From contig JAVTWQ010000015.1 in the NCBI GenBank assembly GCA_032229905.1, forward strand, positions 77,112-141,111: a stretch of 64,000 nt of DNA. Direction: 5' to 3'. The DNA comes from Candidatus Saccharimonas sp. GTDB lineage: Bacteria; Patescibacteriota; Saccharimonadia; Saccharimonadales; Saccharimonadaceae. A program made the translations under genes and the position numbers. Positions 15,654 through 24,770 of the stretch are shown piece by piece (position 1 is the stretch's first letter; every line of letters starts with the position of its first letter). The notes below the pieces were generated by a model. The model was not told the DNA's origin. It did not search any database and saw nothing but the letters and a program-made list of their open reading frames with translations.

Positions 15654-17351
15654 TTAACGAATTTGCTCTAGCTGGCGAGTGAGATCGGCTATAGCCGACC
15701 AGCTGCTGCCATCGGTCATGACTGCCAGGACATACGTGCCTTTAGGGCCATAAACGATCGCCGCGTCGTGCAATAAACCATCCATGAACCCAACCTTATC
15801 GGCCACCTGCCCGCTAGCCCCAGCTGGTATACCCTGGCGGTAAACGTTACCAAGCATGGCGTTAGTAAGCCGCTGCCTACTCAAATCGCTAAACATCGTG
15901 CCACTTTCGAGCGTGCCTAGGTAAACAACCAGGTCATCGGCCGTAGTAAACGGCCCACCGGTTGTCGTGAAATTAGAGTCCATTAAGCCCAGGCTGTGGA
16001 TATCATTAGTCACGTTTTTAAGCCCGACGCTGTACAAAAATGCCTCTGCGCAAGCATTGTCGCTCAAGCTTATCATCTTATTAAAGCAGGCCTGGTTATC
16101 ATCCCAGCTCATCTGGCCGGCTTCTACCCGCTTTAAAACGCTGTAGGCCACAAATAATTTGTAGGTACTGGCCGTTACAAACTGCTTGTCGCCCTGGTAG
16201 CTCGCGAACCGGCGGTCTCCATACAGTTCGGCGTAAGATATGCCAAAAGTGCCTGGGTGATCAGTGGCATAGTTTTTAAATAATGCATTTAAGCCCTCAT
16301 CGGTTGAGCTATAGGTACGGATATAGCTGATATTAGCTGGTACTACCATAGTAGCGGCCATAGCCGTGCTACCAGTACCGTGTAGTACAGCGTTAATTGC
16401 AGCAGTGGTCTTATCGATATCAAGGGCCTGACCATTGCCGCCACCGCTACGCGACACCTCTGCAAAATCCAACGTAGTGATAGTAATAGTGCTGGGTGCT
16501 ACCGCCACTTTTGGCGCGATGTTCTTATCCATATAATCCTTAGCCTTGCTGGTGCTCACGCTCACCTCAACCTTGTTCGCACTAGGCGTAAAATCGAGCC
16601 AAGAATAAACATCGGCTGGCGCTAATACTACATTTTGCCCACTAACATTTAACGTAACGCCCAATTTCACCTGGGCCATGTACTGTTCCGCGCTAGCCTT
16701 AGCTACATCATCTTGAACAGCTGGCTTTAGTATTTTCATACTTATGCGCGCCGTAACTGGCTTTGTTAGGCTCGGCGTAATAGCCGCTAGCTCCTGTTTA
16801 ACGGTTTGTGGGTCACATTCGCCACCGTCCTTAGCCGGAACTACCTCTAGTTTGTCGCCATTTGCCTTTAAAGTGGCATCTTGTGGCGCTACTTGGCGCT
16901 GCTTTAATAAGCCCGAAATAAATTCATCGGTTTTTGCGCTACTGGTGGCGGCTGGTGGCGAACCTGCGCTATTGGCCCAAAAGAGCGAAGCCGGCACGAA
17001 CCTGAGCCACAACGGGTACTGTGCCGCATTTATCCTAGCTGTATTATCAACTACAATGCCAGCTTGATCTAGCGTAGGAGTGCTGACTGGATCGGGCTTA
17101 TCGCCAAGGTAAACCGCTAATGTACGGCGGCTATAGTCTCCGTTAAGGGTTTGTGCCGCCTCGGCTCGTGTCTTCGCTCCAACGGCAACGTTATCAATAT
17201 TTTGTAACGGCAGCAGCCTATCAGCTGGGTACAGTAACTGCACGGCAATCAAACCAACAACAAGCACAAGGCTAGTAATTATGCCGATACGCGGCCACGG
17301 TAGTGCGGCAAGCCAGTTGAGCCCACTCTGCGCTCGCTCCCTAAATCTCAT
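15654..17351 (-). CDS. membrane-anchored serine hydrolase with a class-A beta-lactamase / DD-peptidase fold at the C-terminus
   Basis: N-terminal TM (IGIITSLVLVVGLIAVQLL). The C-terminal domain has SxxK (ASTYK), SDN (LSDNACAE) and a KTG-like motif (DKVGFMDG). Confidence 0.65.
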   Translation of the reverse strand: MRFRERAQSGLNWLAALPWPRIGIITSLVLVVGLIAVQLLYPADRLLPLQNIDNVAVGAKTRAEAAQTLNGDYSRRTLAVYLGDKPDPVSTPTLDQAGIVVDNTARINAAQYPLWLRFVPASLFWANSAGSPPAATSSAKTDEFISGLLKQRQVAPQDATLKANGDKLEVVPAKDGGECDPQTVKQELAAITPSLTKPVTARISMKILKPAVQDDVAKASAEQYMAQVKLGVTLNVSGQNVVLAPADVYSWLDFTPSANKVEVSVSTSKAKDYMDKNIAPKVAVAPSTITITTLDFAEVSRSGGGNGQALDIDKTTAAINAVLHGTGSTAMAATMVVPANISYIRTYSSTDEGLNALFKNYATDHPGTFGISYAELYGDRRFASYQGDKQFVTASTYKLFVAYSVLKRVEAGQMSWDDNQACFNKMISLSDNACAEAFLYSVGLKNVTNDIHSLGLMDSNFTTTGGPFTTADDLVVYLGTLESGTMFSDLSRQRLTNAMLGNVYRQGIPAGASGQVADKVGFMDGLLHDAAIVYGPKGTYVLAVMTDGSSWSAIADLTRQLEQIR

Positions 17352-17358
17352 ATACTTA

Positions 17359-17754
17359 TTATACTACTTCGGTATCTGTAGCGTCGGCATAGCCAAGTAT
17401 AACTAAGGTTGCCCGCAGCACGTCAATTGCCTGGGCATTTTCATCTGGGTTAGTCTGCAAATCAGCGATTTTATCTTTAATTAGTTGCTCAGCTGAAACA
17501 TTTATTGTAGCTGATTTTACAACATCTGTTTTGGGCTCTAATTGCGACATCACTACTGTCAGCGAGCGGGCCGAATTGTCCTTTTTGACCAACCAACCCC
17601 GGCTAATGAGCCCTGTTACATGCGTAGCGACCGTACTGACACTCTTATAGTCGAGTGCCCGCATAATTTCACGGTAGCTTGGGCCATAGCCGTAGCCCTT
17701 TATAAACCCATCGATAAAGTTAAGCAGCTCTTTTTGCTTTTTTGTCGGCCTCAT
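17359..17754 (-). CDS. LexA-type winged-helix DNA-binding protein lacking the S24 peptidase domain
   Basis: MRPTKKQKELLNFIDGFIKGYGYGPSYREIMRALDYKSVSTVATHVTGLISRGWL matches the LexA N-terminal domain pattern. Only about 132 aa, with no Ser/Lys dyad region. The start is set at the internal ATG at 17754, 7 nt after the sortase stop. Confidence 0.6.
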   Translation of the reverse strand: MRPTKKQKELLNFIDGFIKGYGYGPSYREIMRALDYKSVSTVATHVTGLISRGWLVKKDNSARSLTVVMSQLEPKTDVVKSATINVSAEQLIKDKIADLQTNPDENAQAIDVLRATLVILGYADATDTEVV

Positions 17755-17761
17755 ACCCACA

Positions 17762-18901
17762 CTATACTCGTTTCGCGTACACAATTACACGGTGATCCAT
17801 TGTGGCATTACCATTAATCCATTGCCCCGTACAAGTCATAATATTTAACCCCTCCGCTGACCCTTGTGGGGTCAAAAATTTGGTCATATCGACCTTATCA
17901 AGTTCTATCACTTCACTCGTCATCACTTTATAGTTTAGTTTTTCACTATCGCCACGTTCAATGGTAATAATATCCCCTGCTATTAGCTTATCCAGGTTAC
18001 CTAGTAGCCCCTGATGTGTTTTACCGGAAGAATGTCCATCAATCGCCACTGCTCCGGCCGCACCAGGCTGAGCACTTGAACTATACCAACCGGCGTCAAA
18101 TATATTACGGGGTGCCTGTAATGAACCATCCGTATTAACAGTCATTGGTAGCACTCTTGCGTGCACGTTAATCTTAGGAATACTGATTAACCGTGGAGTA
18201 TTAGCAGCTACTTTATAACTATCTACACTACTTGATGGTACCGGGGTTTCATCTTGACCTTCTGATTCCTTGTTTGTAGACTCATCACCAGATGAAGTAG
18301 GTAAATGAACGCTGGCCTGTTGTCGTATTTGGCTATTTGTACGTAGGGTGTCATACATCACGTAAGCAGTCGCCGCTAGGACAAGTACAATGGTAAGAGT
18401 AGTTACTTTCTTTGCCGAGAACACCTTACCCATTGGCTTCCGAAAGATTAACTGCTTACGTCGCTTACGGTGGATGCTAGTATGCTCAAGCCTAACTAGC
18501 GGTGGCTTTGCCACACTTAAATGATTGGTGACCGGGGAACTGTTGGCTACCTTTGGCTCAACCTGGGTATCGGCAACAGCAGACTGAGCGGCTAATTGTT
18601 TACGCATACGAAGACCAGCCGGAACTAATGCCTGCGCCTTGGTAAATTCGCCTGGGCTAGCATGTATTGCTTGGTCTGCCGGCACGGTCGATAACTGCCG
18701 ATCTGTATTTGAGGATGCGGCTGTATGCGATGCGACTGTTGGCTTAGTCCTGGACTTAGCGTCCATGGCTAAGCCCGGTAATTGTATGCGACGAACCGTG
18801 TCTCTATTCGCTGCACTGCTACGGCTTGTGGCATATTGAGCACGTGCCGCCTCTCTGCGGCTAGCTGGCTCATCTCGTTTTCTAATGTTTGTTTGTGTCA
18901 T
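17762..18901 (-). CDS. sortase (membrane-anchored transpeptidase)
   Basis: His motif VAIDGHSSG, Cys motif LNIMTCTGQW, and a C-terminal Arg (VIVYAKRV). TM helix VTTLTIVLVLAATAYVMY after a long basic, low-complexity N-terminus. Confidence 0.75.
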   Translation of the reverse strand: MTQTNIRKRDEPASRREAARAQYATSRSSAANRDTVRRIQLPGLAMDAKSRTKPTVASHTAASSNTDRQLSTVPADQAIHASPGEFTKAQALVPAGLRMRKQLAAQSAVADTQVEPKVANSSPVTNHLSVAKPPLVRLEHTSIHRKRRKQLIFRKPMGKVFSAKKVTTLTIVLVLAATAYVMYDTLRTNSQIRQQASVHLPTSSGDESTNKESEGQDETPVPSSSVDSYKVAANTPRLISIPKINVHARVLPMTVNTDGSLQAPRNIFDAGWYSSSAQPGAAGAVAIDGHSSGKTHQGLLGNLDKLIAGDIITIERGDSEKLNYKVMTSEVIELDKVDMTKFLTPQGSAEGLNIMTCTGQWINGNATMDHRVIVYAKRV

Positions 18902-18942
18902 AACCCTAACCCGTAGATTGTATACCGCGCTTGTCGATCAAG

Positions 18943-21831
18943 CTATGTTAGTGATCGAGCCCTACGTAACATATATATGCTTACTGAGGCCATACCTACC
19001 GTAAGCACCACGCCACCGTATGACATCGCCATAAAGCCAGTATTTGGCGCATCTGGTACAACTGTTGTTGTAACGTCTGGGCTCAACATCTTGAGGTAAG
19101 TATGTTCAGAGCGCGCACCAACACGGTTGGTATATATATCACCGCCCTTATTGCCCTTCGTCTGTAGTGTTACGGTGAGCGTCCGGCTCGGATCGTTAGG
19201 TTGCCACACGCCCCCTATAACACGTAAAGCCGTAATACCTGATGCAGGCTTAGTAGCCGTCCAACCAACAGTGCTGCCTGTAGTACTACCGGCGCTACCG
19301 TTAGTACTATCGCCTGGGTCTAAGTTAATTGTACTTGGTGCCGCTGTCGAATAGTAAATAGTTTGACCACTATTTACTACAACATCCCCAACACTGTAGC
19401 CACCATTGAAACTCGTAGCTGGTGTCCGTCCGTCGCCATTATAAGGTAATACATCAATCAGATCAGTATACGACTGTTGAGTTGGGTCATGGTTATCCAG
19501 CGTTAATGTGTATGTCATACTACCGTTTGTATTGATCTTGCTCTTATCAACCGCTTTACTTATCTGTATATAGCCATATTGAGTAATATTAATTGACTTT
19601 GTACTTGTGCGCTGAGCTACTGGGGTTCCACCATCGAGAGAAGCACCTGTTGCGCTGTTGAGAGCCTGTGTAACGACCGTGTTAATAACACCCACATTAG
19701 AGCCGGCAGTAACTTTAGCACTATAGGTGAGGCTTGTGTTTGAACCGTTAGAGACATTGGCTATATTCCAAGTTATTGTAGTAGTACCATCAGCATTTAC
19801 TACAACTGATGTCGGCGCAACATTTGCACTTCCTGTAACATAGGCAAGATTAGCCGGTAGCGTATCGACAGCACGCGCAGTCACGCCAGATGAAGCCGAG
19901 CCAGATGAAACATTCGTTAAGATGTTTATCTTAAATGGAATGGTATCTCCAACGCTGTAGGTAGATTTACCATCTGTTGTAGTTTTCGTTGGTATCGTTT
20001 GGGCGCCTATAATCTCAGCGTAATCGTGGAAGATGTTTGTTCCTGGGTACTGCTTACCGGTAAGTGCCGTAATGGTGTAGCTCGGATTAGTGTTAAGGTC
20101 AGCTGGACGATTCCAGGTTGCTCCACCGTCTTGCGACAATACCCCATATTGCCACAGTTGACTACCGGCAGTCAGATTTGAGTTAGTTACCTGTGCGACT
20201 CGGAATACATAATAGAAGTCTGTTGGCTGGACAACGTGAACCGCACGGACACGGGTGATTGTTGTCGGATCTGATGGAGGCGTTGTCGACCACGGACCAT
20301 CGCCTGCACCACACGTCGACGTGTCCGGATTAGGCACTGCCGCTGTTGAATACTCTACCGCATTCGCTATCTTTACACTTGTTGCCCCAGTTGTCTGATC
20401 AACATAGAGGCCTCCGCCACTATCAGTTGGATCAACATGCAAGCTTGGACTAATAATAGAACACATGATGACCGTATTGCCGTTCCCGTGAGCTGGAATG
20501 TGTCCCTGAACCGATGCAATACTTTGGCCTGGCAGCTTTCGTATTTGTCCTGACCATGGAGAAACTTCCCATTGTGATGTCCACGCTCCAGGAGGGATGA
20601 TCGTATCAGTTGCATTATTATTCGTTACTATATCACCCGAGCCACTATTTACTTGCCCAGAAATAGAGGTCGTCTGATAATTTGAAGCGGTGAGTGTAAT
20701 GCTTCCGGTTATAGGATTTGTACCACCAGTTGTCCAGCTATCTGGCACCCATAGCCATACTACGCCAGAGGCATACTGTACCTCTGTTGTCGGCAAGGCT
20801 ATATTATTACCCCAAGGGCCAATACCGTTTGTTGGCTTTCTGAGCAATGAGCTGTCAATACCTGTAGCACTGAGCGTATAAACACCGTTGCTGCCCGTTA
20901 AACTACAGCTGCCAGAATTAGTATTGGCATTAATATCATTTGACGGTGTCACCCTTGAGTATGCCAGTTCGCCTCCGCCCGTACCATACTTCGGAATGAC
21001 TACCATTGAATCATCACTCGTCGATCCACTATTATTCCAGTCAAGCGGCTGTCCTAAATCAGCACAGGCATTGCTAGCCGGATATGGCGTAATGCTAGAA
21101 TAACTGGCGTTATCAGAGCCTGTGATCGTAAGTGTAGCAGTGAAATTGGTTTTTGCTGCTTCAGAACCAATACCCACCGCAACACGCCAATAATATGGCA
21201 CTGCTGTACCAACAGCACCGGTTACAGGGTTTGTCATTGTTCCATACGTATTCGAACTCGCTGCCGAATATATACCTAGGTCTGAGGAGAAACCAGCTGA
21301 AATAGTACGCACCTGGCCACTTGCACTTGTAATACCAGACCCATCAGATTGTACGTCGCCTGTGATATTCGCTTGCGCACTGTTAGGTCCAAGCGCCCTG
21401 GCGGTAACATTAATTACAAAGCTGCTTCCCTGTTTCCAGTTTCCAATATTACATGTAAGCGTCATACGATTAGCCGATATCGACGAAACTGGCGCAACAC
21501 CGCTTGTCATACATATTTCCGGCATTGCATCGAATACCGCGTTGGTTGCTTTGAGCGTTACGAACACATTCGTCGCATCAGCATAGTTCGTATTACCCCT
21601 AACTTCATATAAGATATTGTCGTTGTTTAAGACAGATCCTGCCTTTGGTGATACTGTCGTAATAGTTATCTCATGCTGAGACACTGTCGCATATGCAGAG
21701 ATAGCGTGAATGATCGACAATGCACCTATACCCAGTAAGGCTAAGGCGGCTAGCGGGCGACCTACCGCCCCAAACCTCCTTTTATTAACAATTCTACGAG
21801 GGTGACCCCGAGACTCCATGCCAAACACCAT
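18943..21831 (-). CDS. 962-aa cell-surface protein, predicted sortase substrate
   Basis: N-terminal signal peptide (RPLAALALLGIGALSIIHAISAYA) and a T/S/N/G-rich beta-type repeat body. The C-terminal sorting signal is APNTG, a hydrophobic stretch FMAMSYGGVVLTVGMASVSIYML, then RRAR. Confidence 0.75.
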   Translation of the reverse strand: MVFGMESRGHPRRIVNKRRFGAVGRPLAALALLGIGALSIIHAISAYATVSQHEITITTVSPKAGSVLNNDNILYEVRGNTNYADATNVFVTLKATNAVFDAMPEICMTSGVAPVSSISANRMTLTCNIGNWKQGSSFVINVTARALGPNSAQANITGDVQSDGSGITSASGQVRTISAGFSSDLGIYSAASSNTYGTMTNPVTGAVGTAVPYYWRVAVGIGSEAAKTNFTATLTITGSDNASYSSITPYPASNACADLGQPLDWNNSGSTSDDSMVVIPKYGTGGGELAYSRVTPSNDINANTNSGSCSLTGSNGVYTLSATGIDSSLLRKPTNGIGPWGNNIALPTTEVQYASGVVWLWVPDSWTTGGTNPITGSITLTASNYQTTSISGQVNSGSGDIVTNNNATDTIIPPGAWTSQWEVSPWSGQIRKLPGQSIASVQGHIPAHGNGNTVIMCSIISPSLHVDPTDSGGGLYVDQTTGATSVKIANAVEYSTAAVPNPDTSTCGAGDGPWSTTPPSDPTTITRVRAVHVVQPTDFYYVFRVAQVTNSNLTAGSQLWQYGVLSQDGGATWNRPADLNTNPSYTITALTGKQYPGTNIFHDYAEIIGAQTIPTKTTTDGKSTYSVGDTIPFKINILTNVSSGSASSGVTARAVDTLPANLAYVTGSANVAPTSVVVNADGTTTITWNIANVSNGSNTSLTYSAKVTAGSNVGVINTVVTQALNSATGASLDGGTPVAQRTSTKSINITQYGYIQISKAVDKSKINTNGSMTYTLTLDNHDPTQQSYTDLIDVLPYNGDGRTPATSFNGGYSVGDVVVNSGQTIYYSTAAPSTINLDPGDSTNGSAGSTTGSTVGWTATKPASGITALRVIGGVWQPNDPSRTLTVTLQTKGNKGGDIYTNRVGARSEHTYLKMLSPDVTTTVVPDAPNTGFMAMSYGGVVLTVGMASVSIYMLRRARSLT

Positions 21832-21993
21832 ATTTGTTTTCCTCTTCTCACTTTTTATGTTCTTATGGAACTTAATGATAGCTTAGCATTAGTGTTTTAA
21901 AAAATCAATTAGTAAGACAAACATTGCCTTATCATGACTATGCTAAAAGGTTATATAAAGATAGCTGAACCTCTACAGCGAGCGTTGTGTTAT

Positions 21994-23292
21994 TTACATC
22001 TTGTTTGAATCTGAGCGATCTGAAACCATAACGGCGGCTAAGCCCCACCATATAATGCTCACGGTATCATCGGCCCAAACTGGTAACATAAGGCCAACTA
22101 CGGCAAGGCCTAGCCCGCTACCAAACATGGTAAGGGCCAGCCAATCTTGCCGGCGACTCCAGAGCCCTATCATTATGGTTATAAATAAAGCTATGAATAA
22201 GCCCAGCCCAGCCCAGCCCACCTCATGGGCAATCATTAAATACTGGTTTTCAATAATAAGCCCATCGCCATTTAGTATTGAGGCCGAGCCAGTGCTGCCT
22301 ATGCCGGCCCCAAATGGTTGAACCGCTAACCTGCCTAAACTATCCTGGAGGGATTGAAGGTGCCCAGCGTTCGAATCAACCGCGGCCCCAGTAGTGGGAC
22401 TGTTATGCAGTACGACGTTTTTTATAAAATTAGTATCACGGAAAGCAAATAATAACCCGCCGGCAACTATGGCTATACTAGCTAGCACTACTACGCTGCG
22501 CCGGCTCAAGCGCCAGCCATAAGCCGCCACTAATATGGCAATTATGGCTACCAGTGTGCCCAGTACCGCACTGCGCGAATAGCTAATCCATAGCGCTACC
22601 GCTCCACCTACTGCCAAAAATACGTGCGCGAGTTTTACACCACCAGCAGCCACGCCGCGCCCTTTACGTACTCCGTAAGCTACTACCCCAGCTAGCACAA
22701 TTGAGGCATAGGCCCCTAGTGGGTTAGGGCCGCGCAGGGTACTGTTATGCCTAATATAGTCAGGGTTTTGATCGACAGTCATATAGGGCTTAATGGTACT
22801 ATCGCCGTAGCCCAGTGCCTCAAGTGAGGTCTTAGGTAAAAACAGCTGCATCACGGCAAAGCCAACTACAATAAGGGCCCCGGTAACGCCAACTAATATA
22901 AACGACTTTTTGTAGCTTGGGTAAAGAGTCAAAAATGCATACACAAGCACAAAATAGACTATGTAGCGCAAATCAATCATTAAACCAGCCACAGCTGGCT
23001 GCGCAGCCTGAGGGTAAAACCCTAAGCTAATAATATGGATGGCTATATAAAGCAGGGCTAGGGCAATAACTGGTTTTTTAATAAATTCCTTTAGCTGGCC
23101 CACCTGCATTAGCGCCACCACTAGGAACCCAGCTGCAACTAGCATTAAAATCTCTTTCCAGGCCTTAACACCAAGGGCTAGGCTAGGCACGTGTACACCC
23201 ACCCACACCGTTATGGGGGCATGAAACACAATCAGGCCACCAATTGTTAGCAGCAGCCAAGCTGGTAAATATTCGAGCATAAATCGCTTCAC
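21994..23292 (-). CDS. O-antigen ligase / Wzy-like polytopic membrane protein
   Basis: 432 aa with about 10-12 TM segments and a larger loop near residues 300-330, in a glycan locus. GTG start. The family call is from topology and context only. Confidence 0.5.
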   Translation of the reverse strand: MKRFMLEYLPAWLLLTIGGLIVFHAPITVWVGVHVPSLALGVKAWKEILMLVAAGFLVVALMQVGQLKEFIKKPVIALALLYIAIHIISLGFYPQAAQPAVAGLMIDLRYIVYFVLVYAFLTLYPSYKKSFILVGVTGALIVVGFAVMQLFLPKTSLEALGYGDSTIKPYMTVDQNPDYIRHNSTLRGPNPLGAYASIVLAGVVAYGVRKGRGVAAGGVKLAHVFLAVGGAVALWISYSRSAVLGTLVAIIAILVAAYGWRLSRRSVVVLASIAIVAGGLLFAFRDTNFIKNVVLHNSPTTGAAVDSNAGHLQSLQDSLGRLAVQPFGAGIGSTGSASILNGDGLIIENQYLMIAHEVGWAGLGLFIALFITIMIGLWSRRQDWLALTMFGSGLGLAVVGLMLPVWADDTVSIIWWGLAAVMVSDRSDSNKM

Positions 23293-23333
23293 ATTACCTA
23301 CTATACCGAAAAATGTTATACTAAGGCTACTAT

Positions 23334-24770
23334 ATGCTGTCTAAAAACACCAAATTATATAGCATTGTTTTAATGACCGCCGATTTTCTGGTACTTTTGG
23401 CTGCCTTTACGGTAGCCTATTTATTACGCGTACAACTAGACCACCGGCCCCTGGTGAACTCAGTCTACGCCTTTGACTACCTAGTGATGGCGTTAACAAT
23501 CTTACCACTTTGGATAATTGTATTTGCTAGCTTAACTATGTACCGTTCGCAAACTTACAGCCGGCGGCTAGCCGAGTGGGGCCGGGCCTTTATTGGCTGC
23601 CTAATCGGTATCCTAATAGTAATTGGCTGGGAATATATGACTGGCAAGGTGTTCTTCCCGGCCCGTTTAGTCGCTCTCTACGCTTTTATCGCCTCCTTTA
23701 CACTAATAGTCCTAGAGCGAGAGCTGATGCGCCTTGCCCGCTCGATGGCCTACCGCTATGGTGTTGGTATTAGCCGCGTACTTATTATTGGCGAAACGGC
23801 CGCCACCGAAGATATCGCCCTAGCGTTAGCTAGTACTGGCAAGTCAGGCTACCACGTTGTGGCTATGGCTACGCCTAAAAAATATGTCCCTTACCGGCGT
23901 GGCATAACGCACTATACCGATGTTGAAACCGCTTTAAAAAGCATAAAGGCCCAGCGAATTGATGCTATTATCCAGACCGACTTATCGCCCCATGATGATA
24001 TTAACGACAAAATCCTCACAGAGGCACAAATAAACCACATCCGCTACAGCTTTATACCAGGCGCACCCGAATTTTATACCGGCAAAAACACCGTCGATGT
24101 GTTCTTGGGCTATCCAATGATAAGTGTGTACCAGACCCCGCTAGTTGGCTGGGGGGCCATTGTTAAACGCATTTTTGATCTATTTATCGCCCTTATTACC
24201 CTGCCTATTTGGGGCACATTATTCATACTAGTTTATATATTACAAAAGCTGCTGAACCCTGGCCCGGCCCTTTATAGCTCCACTCGCCTAAGCCAGTTCA
24301 GTAAGCCAGTTACCCTATATAAGTTCCGTAGCATGGGCCGCCAATATGGCAGTAAAGACGCCGCCGAAGAGTTTGAACAAATGGGCCGCAAGGACCTAGC
24401 GGCTGAGTACCGCAAAAACCATAAAGTGGTAGACGACCCACGCATCACCTGGTTCGGCAAGTTTTTAAGAGCCAGTAGCCTAGATGAGCTACCCCAAATT
24501 ATTAATGTAGTCCGGGGCGACATCAGCTTAGTCGGCCCACGCCCAATCTTGCCACAAGAAGTTAAGTTCGCTCCTACAAAAACCGCCCTGCTCCACAGTG
24601 TAAAATCTGGCCTAACTGGCTTATGGCAAGTTAGCGGGCGCTCTAACCTAAGCTTTGAGGAGCGTATCGAACTCGAAACATTTTATGCCCAAAACTGGAG
24701 CTTTTTGCTAGACTTAAAAATATTATTTAAAACAGTCAAAGTTGTTATATTTGGCAGCGGAGCACGCTAG
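23334..24770 (+). CDS. polyprenyl glycosylphosphotransferase (WbaP/CpsE-type initiating sugar transferase)
   Basis: N-terminal TM bundle and a C-terminal bacterial sugar transferase domain with DELPQIINVVRGDISLVGPRP. Confidence 0.8.
   Translation: MLSKNTKLYSIVLMTADFLVLLAAFTVAYLLRVQLDHRPLVNSVYAFDYLVMALTILPLWIIVFASLTMYRSQTYSRRLAEWGRAFIGCLIGILIVIGWEYMTGKVFFPARLVALYAFIASFTLIVLERELMRLARSMAYRYGVGISRVLIIGETAATEDIALALASTGKSGYHVVAMATPKKYVPYRRGITHYTDVETALKSIKAQRIDAIIQTDLSPHDDINDKILTEAQINHIRYSFIPGAPEFYTGKNTVDVFLGYPMISVYQTPLVGWGAIVKRIFDLFIALITLPIWGTLFILVYILQKLLNPGPALYSSTRLSQFSKPVTLYKFRSMGRQYGSKDAAEEFEQMGRKDLAAEYRKNHKVVDDPRITWFGKFLRASSLDELPQIINVVRGDISLVGPRPILPQEVKFAPTKTALLHSVKSGLTGLWQVSGRSNLSFEERIELETFYAQNWSFLLDLKILFKTVKVVIFGSGAR

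Noticed and set aside
18943-21831. Multiple 60-90 aa ORFs on the opposite strand or in other frames of the surface-protein gene (and similar ones inside the S8, glycan and 745-aa genes)
   Set aside because: These are typical shadow ORFs inside long, compositionally biased genes. They have no start signals or motifs.
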